DNA of 59,466 nucleotides, the filler included, from Bipalium vagum (taxonomy: Eukaryota), in the NCBI GenBank assembly GCA_037834085.1. It is 3 parts of 3 records of this genome, joined end to end, with 100 filler letters (N's around TTAATTAATTAA, not from the genome) between each part and the next. Parts side by side here need not be neighbours in the genome. Positions count along the whole stretch, not along the records: positions 17,351 to 42,293 come from JBBMKC010198387.1; positions 42,394 to 59,466 come from JBBMKC010079724.1; 1 more part is not named here. One strand, written 5' to 3'. The notes under the pieces were generated by a model. That model searched no databases, was not told the origin of the DNA, and worked only from the letters and a program-made list of their open reading frames with translations. The position numbers and the translations under genes were made by a program. Positions 39,816 through 54,700 of the stretch are shown piece by piece; the stretch's first letter is position 1; every line of letters starts with the position of its first letter.

Positions 39816-41191
39816 GTAAGTAAGAAAGGATATATATCACCTTATGTATGCATTTTTTAAATAAAATAAAATAATAATTATTAATTTTAATCTAGTGAAC
39901 AATAATCTTTTTTTACAAATTGATTTCTAAAAAGATTTTGAACAAAAACTTGTATTTATGATATTATCTTGATACATGTTTTATTCTTTTCATTCAGATC
40001 TTCTATAGTCAATTTTAATATTCTTCTCCAGTATTTTCAAATGATATCGCTATCATGATTTGTTATAAAATTATCTGTATTATTCTTGAATAAAAGTAAA
40101 AAAAAACATTTTTAATCCTTAAAATTTTCCAAACTTTTTTTTAAAAATTGTAATTTTTTCTTAAATGTTTTTTCCAAAATATTAATTATCATATGATTTC
40201 TACTTCCTCTATTTTGTGAATTAATTTCTAGTTTAAATTTCTTAATTATTAATGATTCTCATATTTTCGTTCTTTTTCATTATCAAAGTTTTTCATTAAC
40301 AAAAAATTCGTTCTTATTTGCATATATTCTGCCTTGTCTTTCTTTGTGTCCAACACTTTATTTATTCTACTTTTTTGAAATGCTTACTAATTAGAGTTTT
40401 CAGATGACATTGTTTCTCCCATATGTATAGATAACCATATCTATGACATGGAAATTTTAACACGTCATTATTCTGCATTAGTTTTAGAGTCACTGTTTTG
40501 ATTTTTAAAATATATTCTCCTTCACAGTTACCTTTAAGCCTTCTTCATTTATAGTATGTAATATTTCACTTTGGATTTTTTTTTTGGATCCATCGAATAA
40601 AGAATTTTAATAATTTCATATATTCACTTTTTTCTTTTTTTATACTGAATTCTTTGTTACTTATAAATTTATCCACGGTAACTTCTATCACCTTTTTGAT
40701 TTTTCAATCTGGATAGGCACTATTTTTAATCTTCTTTTAAGTTCATTCAATTAGATTTCGATCTACCTATAGTCTTATGTTAATGACCAAACTCTGAGTA
40801 TTAATCCTTTCATTAGTCTATTTTTATACATTTCCTCTCAGTAGCTGTTATTTAATGTGTATAAGTTGGTATTTGTTCTTTTCTGAAAACTGAGGTTCTC
40901 AATATATTATTTTGTTTTTCTTTTATTACTATTACGTCTATTATTGGTAATTTGTTTTCATTTTCTTTTTCTTATTATTAATTTCTTCTTATTATTTATC
41001 TATTACTTATTTTTAAATTATAGTCTGATACATTAAATTGTCCAGTACAAAAAATTCAACCTGTTTTTCAATTAAATATTTTTTTACATATATCAGATTA
41101 TTTATAGTTGTCAATTCTAATTTAAAGTTTTGTAATTCATTTTGTTAAACCATGTAAGTGTTTTTTTCTTTATAATTCAGCTAGAATATTA

Positions 41192-42160
41192 CAGGGTGCG
41201 CCAAAAGTTACAGATAGTCAGTACTCTTGATTTGACACTGTCTGCTTTCAGTAAATATTGCCAGTGAAACATCAATAATGATCTGTCACATGAAGGAAAC
41301 CGTATCAAATGTAAGAGAACGCAAAAAACAACAGATACGTTTGACACGCATATTGCAAAATATGTCTAACAACATCGGTTCAAAGGAACTCGGCAAGTAG
41401 CATTAGACTTACCTGCAATCCAAAAAGTATCATATGACACGACCAATCGCCGCTTGAAGGATATTGGTTTTCTTTCTTTTTCTTCAGCACACAAGCCCTT
41501 CCTTTCAAAGGAAGCAGTGTGTTTGTTGTAGGCACAACACCATTGCCAAACAAACTGTTCAGCAATCATCTTCAGTAATGAATCAAAGTTCCAGATGAAT
41601 AATAGACAACAGTTCATATGGCGTAGGAAAAGCACTAGACTGCAAGATCGGTTTGTTACCCATCTTCCAAACAGACGTTCATGTCACTGCATGGTGTGGG
41701 CATCGTTTTCTAGAGATGGTTACAGTAATTTGGGTAAAATTCAACAGCGACTTAATTCTGAAGGATATGTTGAACTATTAGAACAGAACCTCGTTCCTTT
41801 CTTCGATCAAATGAACAACATAGAATTCTACCAGCAAGACAATGCATCAATCCATACTGTCAAATTTACAAGATGTTGGTTCGATGATCATGACTTACCT
41901 CTCCTGCCGTGGCCGGCAATCAGTCCGATGCTTACCCATCGAAAAAGTGTGGGGGCGCATGAAACATCAGCTAAATGATATGCTCATAAAGTCAACTACC
42001 TATGAAGCCCTGTTCAACAAGTGTCAGGATTTGTGGACCCCTATCATGAGAGAAGAGAATTACCGGTACAGCCTTGTAGATTCTATGGAGCAAAGGCTTT
42101 CCGGAATAATCGATGCACTGGAGGATATACCAAATATTAGCAATATATTGTTTTCTGTAT
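41192..42160 (+). mobile_element. Decayed Tc1-family (DD34E) element
   Basis: TA|CAGGGTGCGCCAAAAG start. Motifs IIFSNESKF, MVWASFS, YQQDNASIH and WPAISP/PIEKVWG. Confidence 0.9.
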
Positions 42161-42293
42161 ATTAATATAATATACATATAACGGGTGTTCACTTGAAATT
42201 TGGAATGATATTATATCTGCTATAAAAGTTAAATAATCGAGTTACAAAAAATTTATTTCAACACAAATTTAACAGCAGACATCAGAGAATTAG

Positions 42294-42393
42294 NNNNNNN
42301 NNNNNNNNNNNNNNNNNNNNNNNNNNNNNNNNNNNNNTTAATTAATTAANNNNNNNNNNNNNNNNNNNNNNNNNNNNNNNNNNNNNNNNNNNN
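42294..42393. other. Artificial contig linker (44N-TTAATTAATTAA-44N)
   Basis: Identical to the spacer at 17251-17350. Confidence 0.95.
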
Positions 42394-42527
42394 AACAATT
42401 GACTCAAAGGTGGCTCCAAGTAACTGAAAATGATGGATTGTACTTTGAGGAATGATTGTGATTTTTTTTTTATTCTTGTAATTGAATATATTGAATAAAA
42501 ACGCTAATGACTTTTGACTCAACCTGG
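42394..42527 (+). mobile_element. Mariner 3' end with right TIR
   Basis: QLTQRWLQVTENDGLYFEE* followed by GACTTTTGACTCAACCTGG|TA. Confidence 0.75.
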
Positions 42528-42742
42528 TATATATGTAGAGTTAAAAAAAGAAGTATTTTGAAAAATTGATTTTAATCTGGTAACCACAAATAAGGAAAAC
42601 AAAATTAAATCAGTTAATTATTTTATTATTACATTATATATATTATTATTAATTTTATTGTTATTAAATAATCATAATTTCGTTAAATAATAATTTTTTT
42701 ATCCATTAAATCAATATTTTAAAACGTTATTGGTTTTTATAG

Positions 42743-45700
42743 CACGCGTCTTTTAATGGACGAATGAATGCATTAAATGAGTTGAACAAGCTTATAAAAT
42801 CAATGTCATCCACCATGTATCCGTCACATTCATCCGATGAGCACATTCTGAAATGGATAAAAAATAATGAAGTGTGTTTTCGTTTTTTTTCCTTGATCGA
42901 TTCGACTATTTTTTCTCTCACTGTGGGTTCTATTTTTATTGTTTGTCAGGTGTTGAACATTGTATTGAAAGAGAATCTTCATCAACCGCAGTATGTGGAA
43001 AAGGTAGAAAAACTTATTCAGTTTATGGTAAAATCAAACGGTCTGACTAATGAAGACTTGGATAAGTTATGGGATTCACAAATTGGTAAACACGAAGCTA
43101 TCATAACAAATATTCATGATTTATTGGCCAAATTGGCATACGACTTCAATCAGACTCAACTGCACCATCTGTTCGATTGTTTCCAGGCAAGTTATTTATT
43201 GATTTTTTAATACAAATTTATTGATTAATTATTGATCTATTATATCGATAAAGTATGTATCATTATTTCAATCATTGAATTTTTTCATATATTTTCAAGG
43301 TATTTTAATTTGTTTTGAATGAGTGATTTTTTATAAAATTATCAATTTTTATTTTTTTCCTCTTTATAAAGCGAGGTTATAGTAAAGATTTTAACTCCAC
43401 TATTGGCAAAGTTCAGATATTATCACATACAGACCATTTCTCCATAAGACCCAGTACAATATTCATTATTTGATTGTGGATTATTCAAGAGAGGATTAAC
43501 GAAATCTAGATTTGGCCGATGTGGCCAAACCACGCTATAGTGGGCATGATAAGACAGCACAGGATGCTGTCAAGTAATCAGATCAAAGGACAATTAGAAG
43601 AGCTGGGGATGAATATGTCAATACCTACGGTAAATTTTCATTTCAATGAATTAGGATCCAAGTCTGTGAATCCTACGAAGAAGTCTAAGTTGACTTCAAC
43701 TTTGAAAACCAAGCGTCTTAAATTTGTTTGTCAGTTGGTTGATAGACCAATTGAATTCTAAAGGAAGGTGTGCTTGAGTGATGAAAGATATCCGAGTTTC
43801 ATTCAGCTAATTAGAAACGTGTTTTGAAAACCCCGTGTAGTCCACCACCGGTGACAGAAACCGTTAAGAAGTCAGCCAAGGTATTGTTGTGGGGCTTTAT
43901 CAGTTCTAAAGGCCCTAGATGTCTTTTTATGATCGAAGGCATGATGAACAAGATGCAATATCTAAAAGGCATGAGAACACAATTGTTGTCACCGATCAAG
44001 ATTTGTTCGGATCGATTTCTGACTGCATATTCATGCATCATTCCGCGCCCTGCCATAAAGTCCAAGCCGTTTCCAATTTTTTGTCTTCCAACAATGTTCG
44101 CAGGACCCTGGTCAGGAAATTTGCTGGATCTGGACCCAATGACTCACACAATGAAGAAAAGTTTCATCAGCAGGATCAACAGTATCTGATTTCACATTGA
44201 AAATTTTTATGAGATGCTTCACAGATTTATTGGCAGTATGCCAAGCGTTTTCAGCAAGTGATCGATACTAAAGGCGGTCATACGTCATAGTAGTTGAAAA
44301 TATTGTTAATTGTTAATTATTCTTTTTCAGGCTCAACTTATGATCAACAAAAAACACTGTTCACAAAAATATAAATTAAACACATATAGTTAAGATAAAT
44401 TGAAAAAACATGAAGAATTGCAGTGATTATAGTAATGTGACGCATACTGTATATATACTATGGATATTCGATTTTTCGTTATATTACTTTTTGCCAATTT
44501 TTTCTTATTTATAATTTAATATGTATATTCTATTTTTCGCCAAAAAAATTTGCTCATTTATTCCTGGTTATTTAAAAGGTCATCATATTATTAATAATTT
44601 ATAATATTAGTAATATTTAGTTAATTTGTTAAGTATAATTTTCTTAAGTTCTAAATTGCTTTGAAAGCAAATTACTCAGAATGCATAAAGTTTTATGAAC
44701 AAAATTAAAAAAAGTCATCAGAATCGAAGATGAAAATTCAAACAAATCAAAAGAAATATGTAATATTATCTGTAAACATTAAACATTTTTCTTGATAACA
44801 AAAATGATATAACTAATAATACAATTATTTTTGACAGAAAAAAGAAAAAAAAGAATTCGAAATCGAAGGAAATGATGCAGCTGGATATTAAATCTTGAAT
44901 AAAAATTTTGAATTTTGTTGTTTCGCTTTAGTTACGGAGTTTTTAGACTGATATTCCAATTTTCGCTAAATTTTGTTTCTTCACATTTATCTTTTTTAAA
45001 GTACAGTCCTTGATGAAAATTCAAATATCTATTGTATATCAATCGATAATTGATTTATTTCTTACTTTAGTATTTTAAAAATTTTTAATAGTAAAATATC
45101 TGTAATTTTATTATTATTTATTTTAATTAATTATTTATTTGGATTAATTAAATTATTAATTTCATATTATTTAAAAAACTAATAAAAATAATTATGAAAT
45201 AATAATAAAACTAATGATTATAATAATAGTAAAAGTGAAATAATAATAAAAATTTATGATTATAAGTATAATAATAAAATAAATAATAATTATTTCAATT
45301 TTATTTATATATTATCAAACGAAAAAATCGTTACAAGATCTGTAAATATATAAAATAATTTTATTTTACAGCCATTTTGTTTTATATTATTCAACCGTAA
45401 AAAATATATGTCCGTAATATATCGATTCTAATTAGTTAACAAATGAACAATTTTCAGACAAGTACTATCAGCTATATAAATAGAACTAGAAATTATTAAG
45501 TTAATCCAATTTGTTTAAAATCAGATAAATATTGACATCATTGAGACAATAGTATTTAAGATTACTTTATAAATTATAAATCAAAAAATAATTAAACGAT
45601 TATAATATAAAAAGAAATAATTAATAATAATACATCCATCGTAATAATGATAATGATAATAATATTAAAAATAATATTAATAATCAATGATAGTAATAAA

Positions 45701-48700
45701 AAATAATAATAATCAGGAAAAATAATAATCAATAATAACAATAATAATAACAATAATAATAAACAATAATATTAATAAAAGTTATCAATAATACAATGTA
45801 TTAATGGTAATCAATAAATAAAGATTTATCAGTAATACTGTTAATAATCAGTATAAAATAGTTATGATGAAAGGCAACAGATAAATTCTCTAAGTTGTAC
45901 CAGTGCACTATTGTTTAAAGAAGTCTTTCAATGATTTATTGATTTTATTTCATTGCGTATTTTTTCTTACAGAACAGTTGGTCGAAAGCCTCGAAGAAAC
46001 AAAGAGAAAGACTGATCGATTTGATAAGAAAACTAGCCGAAGAGGATAAAGAAGGAAGAATGGCCAAAACAGCTTTGAAATTGCTCTGGGATTTGGCGAT
46101 AAAGAACGACAGTCCATTGGACATTTTAGAATCAGCTTTACGAGCTCATGTCAAAATTTTAGATTTCAGTTGCATTCAAGTGAGTCATATTTCTGGGTCA
46201 ATTCTTTCTACAGAAAATACAAGCCATGTCTACTGTTTTGAATTCAAATCATTTTTATATTGATTTTTTTATTTGATTGCTTAGTGATCAACCGGGATCT
46301 CAAAAATGAGAAAAAGAAAGAATATTTGTGTTCTATTATTAATATCCATAAAAATAATGATATCAATCAATCAATAATGATAAGAATTAAGTAAGAATCT
46401 CTATAATTGAAAGAGGTCTTACATACTTTCCACCAATGGAAATATGCTTTTTATTATCCATAAAAATAATTATATCAATCAATCAATAATGATAAGAATT
46501 AAGTAAGAATCTCTATAATTAAAAGAGGTCTTACATACTTTCCACCAATGGAAATATGCTGCTAATGAGAAAATGTTTATAAAAATATTTTATTTTTATC
46601 TTTAGATAGGAACATAAAACAGTAAAGATAATCATTAAAAGATAATTATAATTAAAATCACAATGTTCTTTTTATTCGTTTAAATAATATAAAGCTTAAT
46701 ATTTAAATAATAAAGTTTAATATTATTTACGGAAAAATCAATTAATTTTTGACTTTTATAAAAGTGATTTATATATTTTAAACGCAATTACTTAAAATTT
46801 ATATTTAAAAAATATGCAACATCTGTGATATAAATAACAAGTCTTTAGACTCATGCAGAAATAAAATTAAATCCAGAAAATTATATTAAATATATATATT
46901 ATATTATAAAATATTATTTAATCTGTTTTAAAAAAAATCATTTAATTACATTATTTATCACATTTCCTTTAATATACCAGAAAATCGAATTTTAAAGCGA
47001 TATTCGTTTTTTTGCTTCTGCTGAGGAAAGAAAAGAAAGATATTATTTGTCAGCTACATAAAGCATATGAAAATGAAGTTCCTATCAAGGCTACTATTTA
47101 TAATTGGACCAGAAGAGGTTTCTGGCTGGAGAAATATGTTTGATGAAGAAAGAAGTGGACAAAAATATGAAATAGGTGACCAGAAATTTGAAGTTCTTGA
47201 AGATTATTGTGAAAGAAGAAATTAATTACTCATACAGAGTTTGTAATATATACAGGACTGTATATAACAGGCTGGAATCAGAAAATTATGCAGTGGGTTC
47301 ATCTCCCATTTTCTAACAACAGATGTGTGAGAAAAAGGAATGCAAGCTTTCTCAGAAATGTGGCCTTTTTCTATTCTTTTGGATAAAATTTTCTTGAAGA
47401 ATATTATAACCAATGAAAAGACGCCATTAAGTCTTCGTGTTCCATACAATCTCGTGAATGGGTTTTTCTATTGAAAATCCACCAAAAATGCTTTGTTCTA
47501 AGATATCTCATCGACAAATTTTCATGCCTAGTGTGATTTAGGATGCAAAAAGTGTAATTCAGACTGACTTTACTCCGAAAATTATCGATTTGAATTAATA
47601 CTGCGCACTTGTTAGTGCTGTGAAAAAATTACGAAGGAACCCAAAGAATCAAGATCTTTTCACTCCCTGTAGTTCATACAACTTGCCAAACTATGGATGT
47701 AATCGCTGTAAAAGGTTTCTCTCTGTTTTCACACTCACCTTATAATTATGATTTTGATCCTATCGATTTCGTTTTGTTTAATCACTTTAAAAAACAGAAA
47801 AGAGATCCCGCGTGGTTATTTATAAAGCTCATTTGTTATAAACAAATAGTTTCTTTTTAGTATCATTCGTATTTCTATGAGTCTAAGGGGTTTATCCACG
47901 TCTCGAGTCTTATTATTTTTGGTAGAAAATAAAATTTTTACTCAAGGAAAAGAAATATTTTGAATATTATTTTAGCTTCGTCCTTTTCATTGTTTCACTT
48001 TAAAATGATTATTATAAGATGCAAAAAATTAATTGATTTTTTAATAATAAATTTTCAATTATTTAATGCGGTTTTAACATTATTTATCATTATATACAAC
48101 TGGTTTTTGAAAAATGCCATAATTCATTGATTTTTCATAATATTAATAATTTGTTTGATTGATTTTATTAATAGTTTTACAATTATCATATTTTATAATT
48201 TTCCACTAATAATGAAGTATTTTCACTCTATATTTATTTATGGACTATTATTTTGGAATATTAAATAATCATATTCATATTAGTATTATTAATGGTTTTT
48301 GTTTTTATTAGAGTTATTGATTATTTCATTAATAATATTGATTATTATTTATATTATTTATATTATTATTATTATTATTATTGAAAAATTAAACAGTAAA
48401 TGAATTTTTTTGAAATTTTTAATAATTTCAAACACTTTTTTCTTCTAAAATCAACTAATTGTCCATGTATAACTGAAAGTGGCTTTAATAATAACACATT
48501 CTCCCTATTGATTCTTCTGTATTATTTTTGGAAATGATTATTGAAATAATTTACACAACGAAACCTCTGAATATTTACAATTAATTATTGATTAATTTTT
48601 AATGTATATATAAATCTTATGTTAAATCATAATCAAATAAAATATTCGTAATCGGTTATCTTAGACAGTTTTTACAAAATGAGATAAAAAAATTAATATA

Positions 48701-51700
48701 TAAATTTCATAGAAAAACCTTTAACTTTCACCTTTAATTCAATTTTAGATTGATGAAAATTATAACTCAAATTAGATCAGAAAATCATATAATTAGTAAT
48801 GCCAATACTTTTTTTGAATTCCGTGATTATTTTTGTATACTTTCTTTTTCGAGCTTAAAAATATCTTAAAATTAAGGACAGAGATATTCATAGAAACGAA
48901 TGGTTAAATAATTTAATAAATTATTTGAATGATCAAAATATTCGAAAAAATGCTTTGTCTGCTCTTCGACAGATCAGAGAAATTATTAAATTATATCAGG
49001 TAAAAATTTTGTTATTTTATTTATATTTTAAATATTTGTTAGTTTGTTTTTTGAATAATTTATAATTATTTTTTATATTTTTATTATAATTTCACAATTT
49101 ATTAGTTTTTAAATTGAAATTATCTTTTTAATAATAATTATAAATTTTTTTATATTTTTTCTACAAATTATTTATATTCATGTCTATATTAATAAAGAAA
49201 TAAATATTTATTTGTTTCTTATAAATATATATTTTTAAAATTACTTATTTATATTTATCATAATTTTAAAAAAATATTTTTAAATAATTTATTGGATTTT
49301 TATTAATAGCAATTATAATATAAAGCATTGACTTAGCCATAATTTTATTATTTTTTTATATTATTTATTTAATTTATATTATTTTTAAAAATATATATGT
49401 AATGATTTTTTTATCAATATGGTTTTCATAATTGATTATTTTATATTCTGTTAATTTTATTTATCTCATATTTTTGTATTATTTTATTTAATGATGAATT
49501 ATGGTTTCTGGTCACTTTTAATAACTACTTAACAAAGGAGGCAATCTTTTATGTAAATAAAATCATGAAAAAAACGTATTCTAAATTGGTCTAATGAAAA
49601 TCAAAAACTGCACATCTTTACTATAAATCAATTATGAGTATTTCACACTTCTGATTGTAATTGCAAATCAATATCATCGTGCTGTGTGATGGTTATACGT
49701 TGAGTATGTGCAAAAATTCTTTTTGAAGATGTTAAACGAATTCATTAAAGAAGAAATTGTCATCAAATGAGATAACACTTTTCTCCAACAGTATTCATGA
49801 GAAACGGAAAACGATCATTGATATTTTCTCGTATTTATTTCAGATTTTATTGAAACAGAAATTTTTTAATTTTTATTATCATACAAATTATAATGTGATA
49901 TACGTGTTCAATGAGAATAGAGTATATGAAATTATGTATGTATGTAAAATTTTTAGTCTTATGCAATTATATAATCAAATATATATTAATTAAATATATA
50001 TTAAAAAATATTAATATATAATATAAAATAATAAAACTTTTCACTAAGGATTGAAAAAATGAGAATAAATGATCATATTTTTCAATTAAATTTGTGATAC
50101 TCTCAAACCAAAAAATAACGAAATTATAGCAGTAATAATATTGACACCAATTCCTTTTAACTTCAGCAAGCAATTTTTAATTCCAATAAAAACATTAGTC
50201 GCTCAATGATCATTCAACAATTGGAAAAGGATCATCAAATATTAAACTTGATAACCAATAATCTCATCGAGTATGTCGATAATTTTCGAAAATCAGGTTA
50301 GTAAAAATTGAACGTTTGCAAAAATTTCTAATTCATTTTAATTAATCAAAATAAATAATAATAATACACCCATTATCACTGAGATATCTAAATATAAAGA
50401 GTAGTACTTCTTGATTACTTGCCAAAAATAATTTTAGTACACTTAATTGTATTATAATTGAAATAAAATTTTATATCTCAACTCAGTCTCAAATGATTTC
50501 TCTTTTTGTTTCTGTGGAAAATAAATAGTCAACATTTTAAGTAATCTTAAATTAAATAACATTTTCATTGTTTCCTTTCAAGCTGCGAATAAGTAAATAA
50601 AGATAGCCATTATATATATTTATTTTAAGAATATTTTAATAAATTAAAAATATTTCTGAATGTTATTTAGTTTATTAGAATTTGTGAAATCATCGTAAAT
50701 CAATTTCCAAAAATCATAATCAATATGTCAAAGTCTTCTGACTTTTTAACTGACGTGAAAGCAATTATAAATGGTAATCAACATAAAATATTTATTGTTA
50801 TTCTTTACATAAGTCTAAATATTATTATTTATTTCTATTTTGCCGAAAACCTGTATTTTGAAACAAATTTAATTTTCAATTTATTTATTTATTACATTTG
50901 TTGATTAATTTTAATAATTAAACAACAGCTTTTGTTGTCAAGGAGAAAATGTGCGTATTTGAAAAATAAATTAATATAAATAATATGATATAATATTAAA
51001 ATCATGGTATTTAATTTTTAAACCATCTTTTAAAATTTACTGATTTAATTTATTTATAAAATTTAATATATTACAAATTAATCATTTCATAATTTTATCT
51101 AAATCTTAAATTTTCATTATAATTATTTTTATTAGTTTATATTATTAATTATTATAAATTTTATTATTATTATTATTAAAAAGTATAATCTAAATTATAA
51201 CTTTAAAATTAAAATTTTTTGTAATGAATAAATAAATTTTCTCCCTTTTTCAAGTTTTAAAAAAAAATTCTTCCAGGTCTTTAACATTATCATCTTTGGC
51301 CATGTACATACTGCACTAATTCATAGAATCCTTCGTATTTCCAACTTTTTTGTTTCGGAATTTGACTTTAACTACAACATTTTCCAGACTTTCAATTTCC
51401 TTTTTTACTATTTCCAAGTGTTCTATTCATTTTCTATAGATCTTTATGTCCAACCTTATTTCTAAGAGACTCATTCCAATTGTCTGTTACAGTGTAGAAT
51501 TACTTCCGAGAGAAACATTCTTTCCATATATAAGAAAACCAATAATTTAGCTTTAAAAAGAATAATCGAAGTTATCTCCAATAATCAATTATTCGTTTTC
51601 TTTCATTAATGCGTTGTATTATTTTTTGACACCTTGTTTCCTACAATCAGAATGAATAATTGACTTAAATAATGGAATTAAATAACAAAAGAATATCAGA

Positions 51701-54700
51701 ACATAACCTATTTTTATATTATGAAAAAAAAGCTTTCATACTATATTCAAAATAATAATGGCACAAAATTGTCTGTCAATTATCAGTTTTCATCTTCTAA
51801 TAATTGGGATCTGTAATGCTTTGAGTTAACAGGGATCTTGTTTGGTATTAAGAAATTTTTATAAAATCATTAAAATAAATTAATTTACTAAAGTAATATA
51901 AAATTTTATTTATTAAATACTTACCATGAAAATGTAAATTTAATTTAAAAATTACTTGTAATGCTTTAGAATTTTTATTAAATAATCATGTTTTCATTGA
52001 AATTTTTCAATTTTTATAGTTAAAATTAAAAATAATCAATAAATAATAAACAATTAATTACTTATATTAATAAAAATCTTTAAAATATTGATTTCTCATA
52101 AATTTAGTGTGATTAGTTTTGATTTAATATTGTTAATAAATCAAAATTTTTAAGCTTTTAATTGAAAATAATCTTAAAATAGTTCTAGATGAAATCTATT
52201 TTATTGATTTATTTATTATTATCAAAATTAAAATATTAATAAAAATATTTATATATTATATGAATTGGAATTAAAACCCCGAATCAATTAAAAGTTTCTC
52301 ATTTCAACGATAAATGTTTTAAATTTCAGAAATCGATTTAAACGATAACAATTTCTGTTATTTGGATGAAAAGTTTCCTCATGAAATCCAGATCGATGAT
52401 CGATTAGAGCTTTTGAAATTCCTTCTTGTGGAGGGCTCTTTGATATTAAATAATAATCTTTTATCGTCGATTTGGACTTGTCTTGTAGTGTGTCCTCATG
52501 AGTGTAACAATTCCAGTATTTTGTCAGACAGAGATCAATGTTTCAAGTGGTTGGCAGGTCTCATGGAAATTGACAAAATTCCTTTCGAGGAACAAATGAT
52601 GGAAAATTTTTTCCTGGACAATTTCCTCAAATTGGACCCTAAACTATTGACTTTAAGTGGAATATTGTAAGAACTTGTTGTCATTTATTCCCCATTTAAT
52701 GGATTTCCAATATCTATTGACCGAAGATTGTTTGAGCAGTTTTTTCGATCGATAAATCAAAAGAAAGGGTTTATTCGAGAAATCGATTCCGACAATTACG
52801 TTGTTATTCACACTGAACTGATTGGGCTGGATTATTTGTGGCGATGTGCTATGCACTGTGTTGATGATGAAGTGTTCAATAAAATCATCCACATTTTGAA
52901 AATGATCACCACTAACCTCAGTTTCGGTTTAATCGATAAAAGAAATTCGATCAACGAGGAATTTATTCAACATTGTATTCACATCATGTCGAGTGCTTTC
53001 GATACGGTATAAGTTCTTTTTTATTTGATTAATATATAAAGTTTTTAATGTATTCTTTGTCCTACATTTTTTAAAATTACTATTTCAATATTTACAAAAA
53101 TTATTTTTGCTTACATAATGAAAATTATTAAACTAATATTTTCACAAGAGAATAATTGATTTTATAAAACTTCCCAATTATATAAAATTATTGATTTCTC
53201 GTATTTTAAAAAGTTTAAATTTGAAAAATCAATAAAATTTTACTTTAAATGCCTTTGTTTTAATAATAATAGGTAAATATATTTTTATTTATTAAAGTGA
53301 TTGATCTATGTGATACAAAAGGGATAATATATTATAAAGCATAAACTTTTTATCTTATTTTTTATGTTCACCTCCAAAACCCTTAGTAAATAATATCACT
53401 TTTAAACTATAATTGTTTGTTTTATACTATTCTAATATTAATTTGGAATTTCCATGGATATTGAAGCGATATTAAGTTTTTAATGTTGTGAAATAAAACA
53501 ATTTAAATTATTTTGGCCGATTTTAAGTGAATTATTATTATGGCAACCAAAAAATTCTGAAAAAGTGCAAAATTTCTTAAGAATAATGCAAAAAATGCAA
53601 CTACTTTGCAAAAATTTTCAAAGCTATTTAGAAAAATTTCATTAAAAATTAGATATGAATTACAAAGTTTTATTCAACTGTACCATCATTTGCTAAGGTA
53701 AAATTAACTCATGTGACTAAATACTTTTGACCATAATTGTATTTAATTTTCAAAATTGCATTTAATTTATGTGATGAAGATCTATTATGAACTATTGATT
53801 GTAGCAATAATTTTCTGTGATATTTAACCATATTCGGTGTTATTAGCTTGTATAAAGATCTTAATTATATTTATCTAGCATGTAAATTTGTTTTTGAAAT
53901 AAAATTTTGTATATATAATTGTATTTATTATATGACAAAATTATTTTTAAATTCTTAATAATTAATTATAAATAATAATTACGTGTGATTATTTAAAATT
54001 GAAGCTTTACATATGTATTATTTAAACAAAATGCAAAAAATGCAATTGGTTGCCCTACTTATTACTTATCTCTGGATTGGTTAGATTTTAATAACCAATA
54101 ACAAATAGTATTGGTTAAATGTAAATTATTTTCAACAAAATATCATATATTACTTTTGTAAAACAATCATTTTACTAATATTAAAAATTGAACTTGTCAC
54201 AAGAATATCAATTAATTTCGTGAAACGTTCCACAAAACTAAAATTTGTCGATTTTACATATTTTATTATTGAAAATTGTTTTGGCACTTTATTCGTACTT
54301 AAAATATCTCTTTAATTTAGAATATTAATAAATTAAAACAATTAAAAAAACTTATGTTAAACAGAAAAATGATCAAATTGTAATAATTTTTCTTATATCG
54401 TCGTTTTTTATATTTATAATTATTTAATATTTCACGTATTTTTTGGAGTTCTGTTTATCTAAAAATCTTTCAAATAAGTGTTTATGGCATTATTGTCACT
54501 TATCGCTTATCTGTTTTATTGTAAATATATTTTTTAATTTGCTTTATGTTTATAAGAACTGACTATTGATTTTAAAATCTTTTAATTCTCAATGATATTT
54601 AAATTAATAAAAATTAAAATCAATAAATGAATAAATTTGTTGTGAATGAGTTTTATTTTCTAATTTCTAGCAAAGCAATCAACTCAAATGTTTAATAGTT

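Noticed and set aside
45600-45850. AAT-rich tract as a poly-Asn exon
   Set aside because: Interrupted by stops, with no splice context. Intronic low-complexity sequence.
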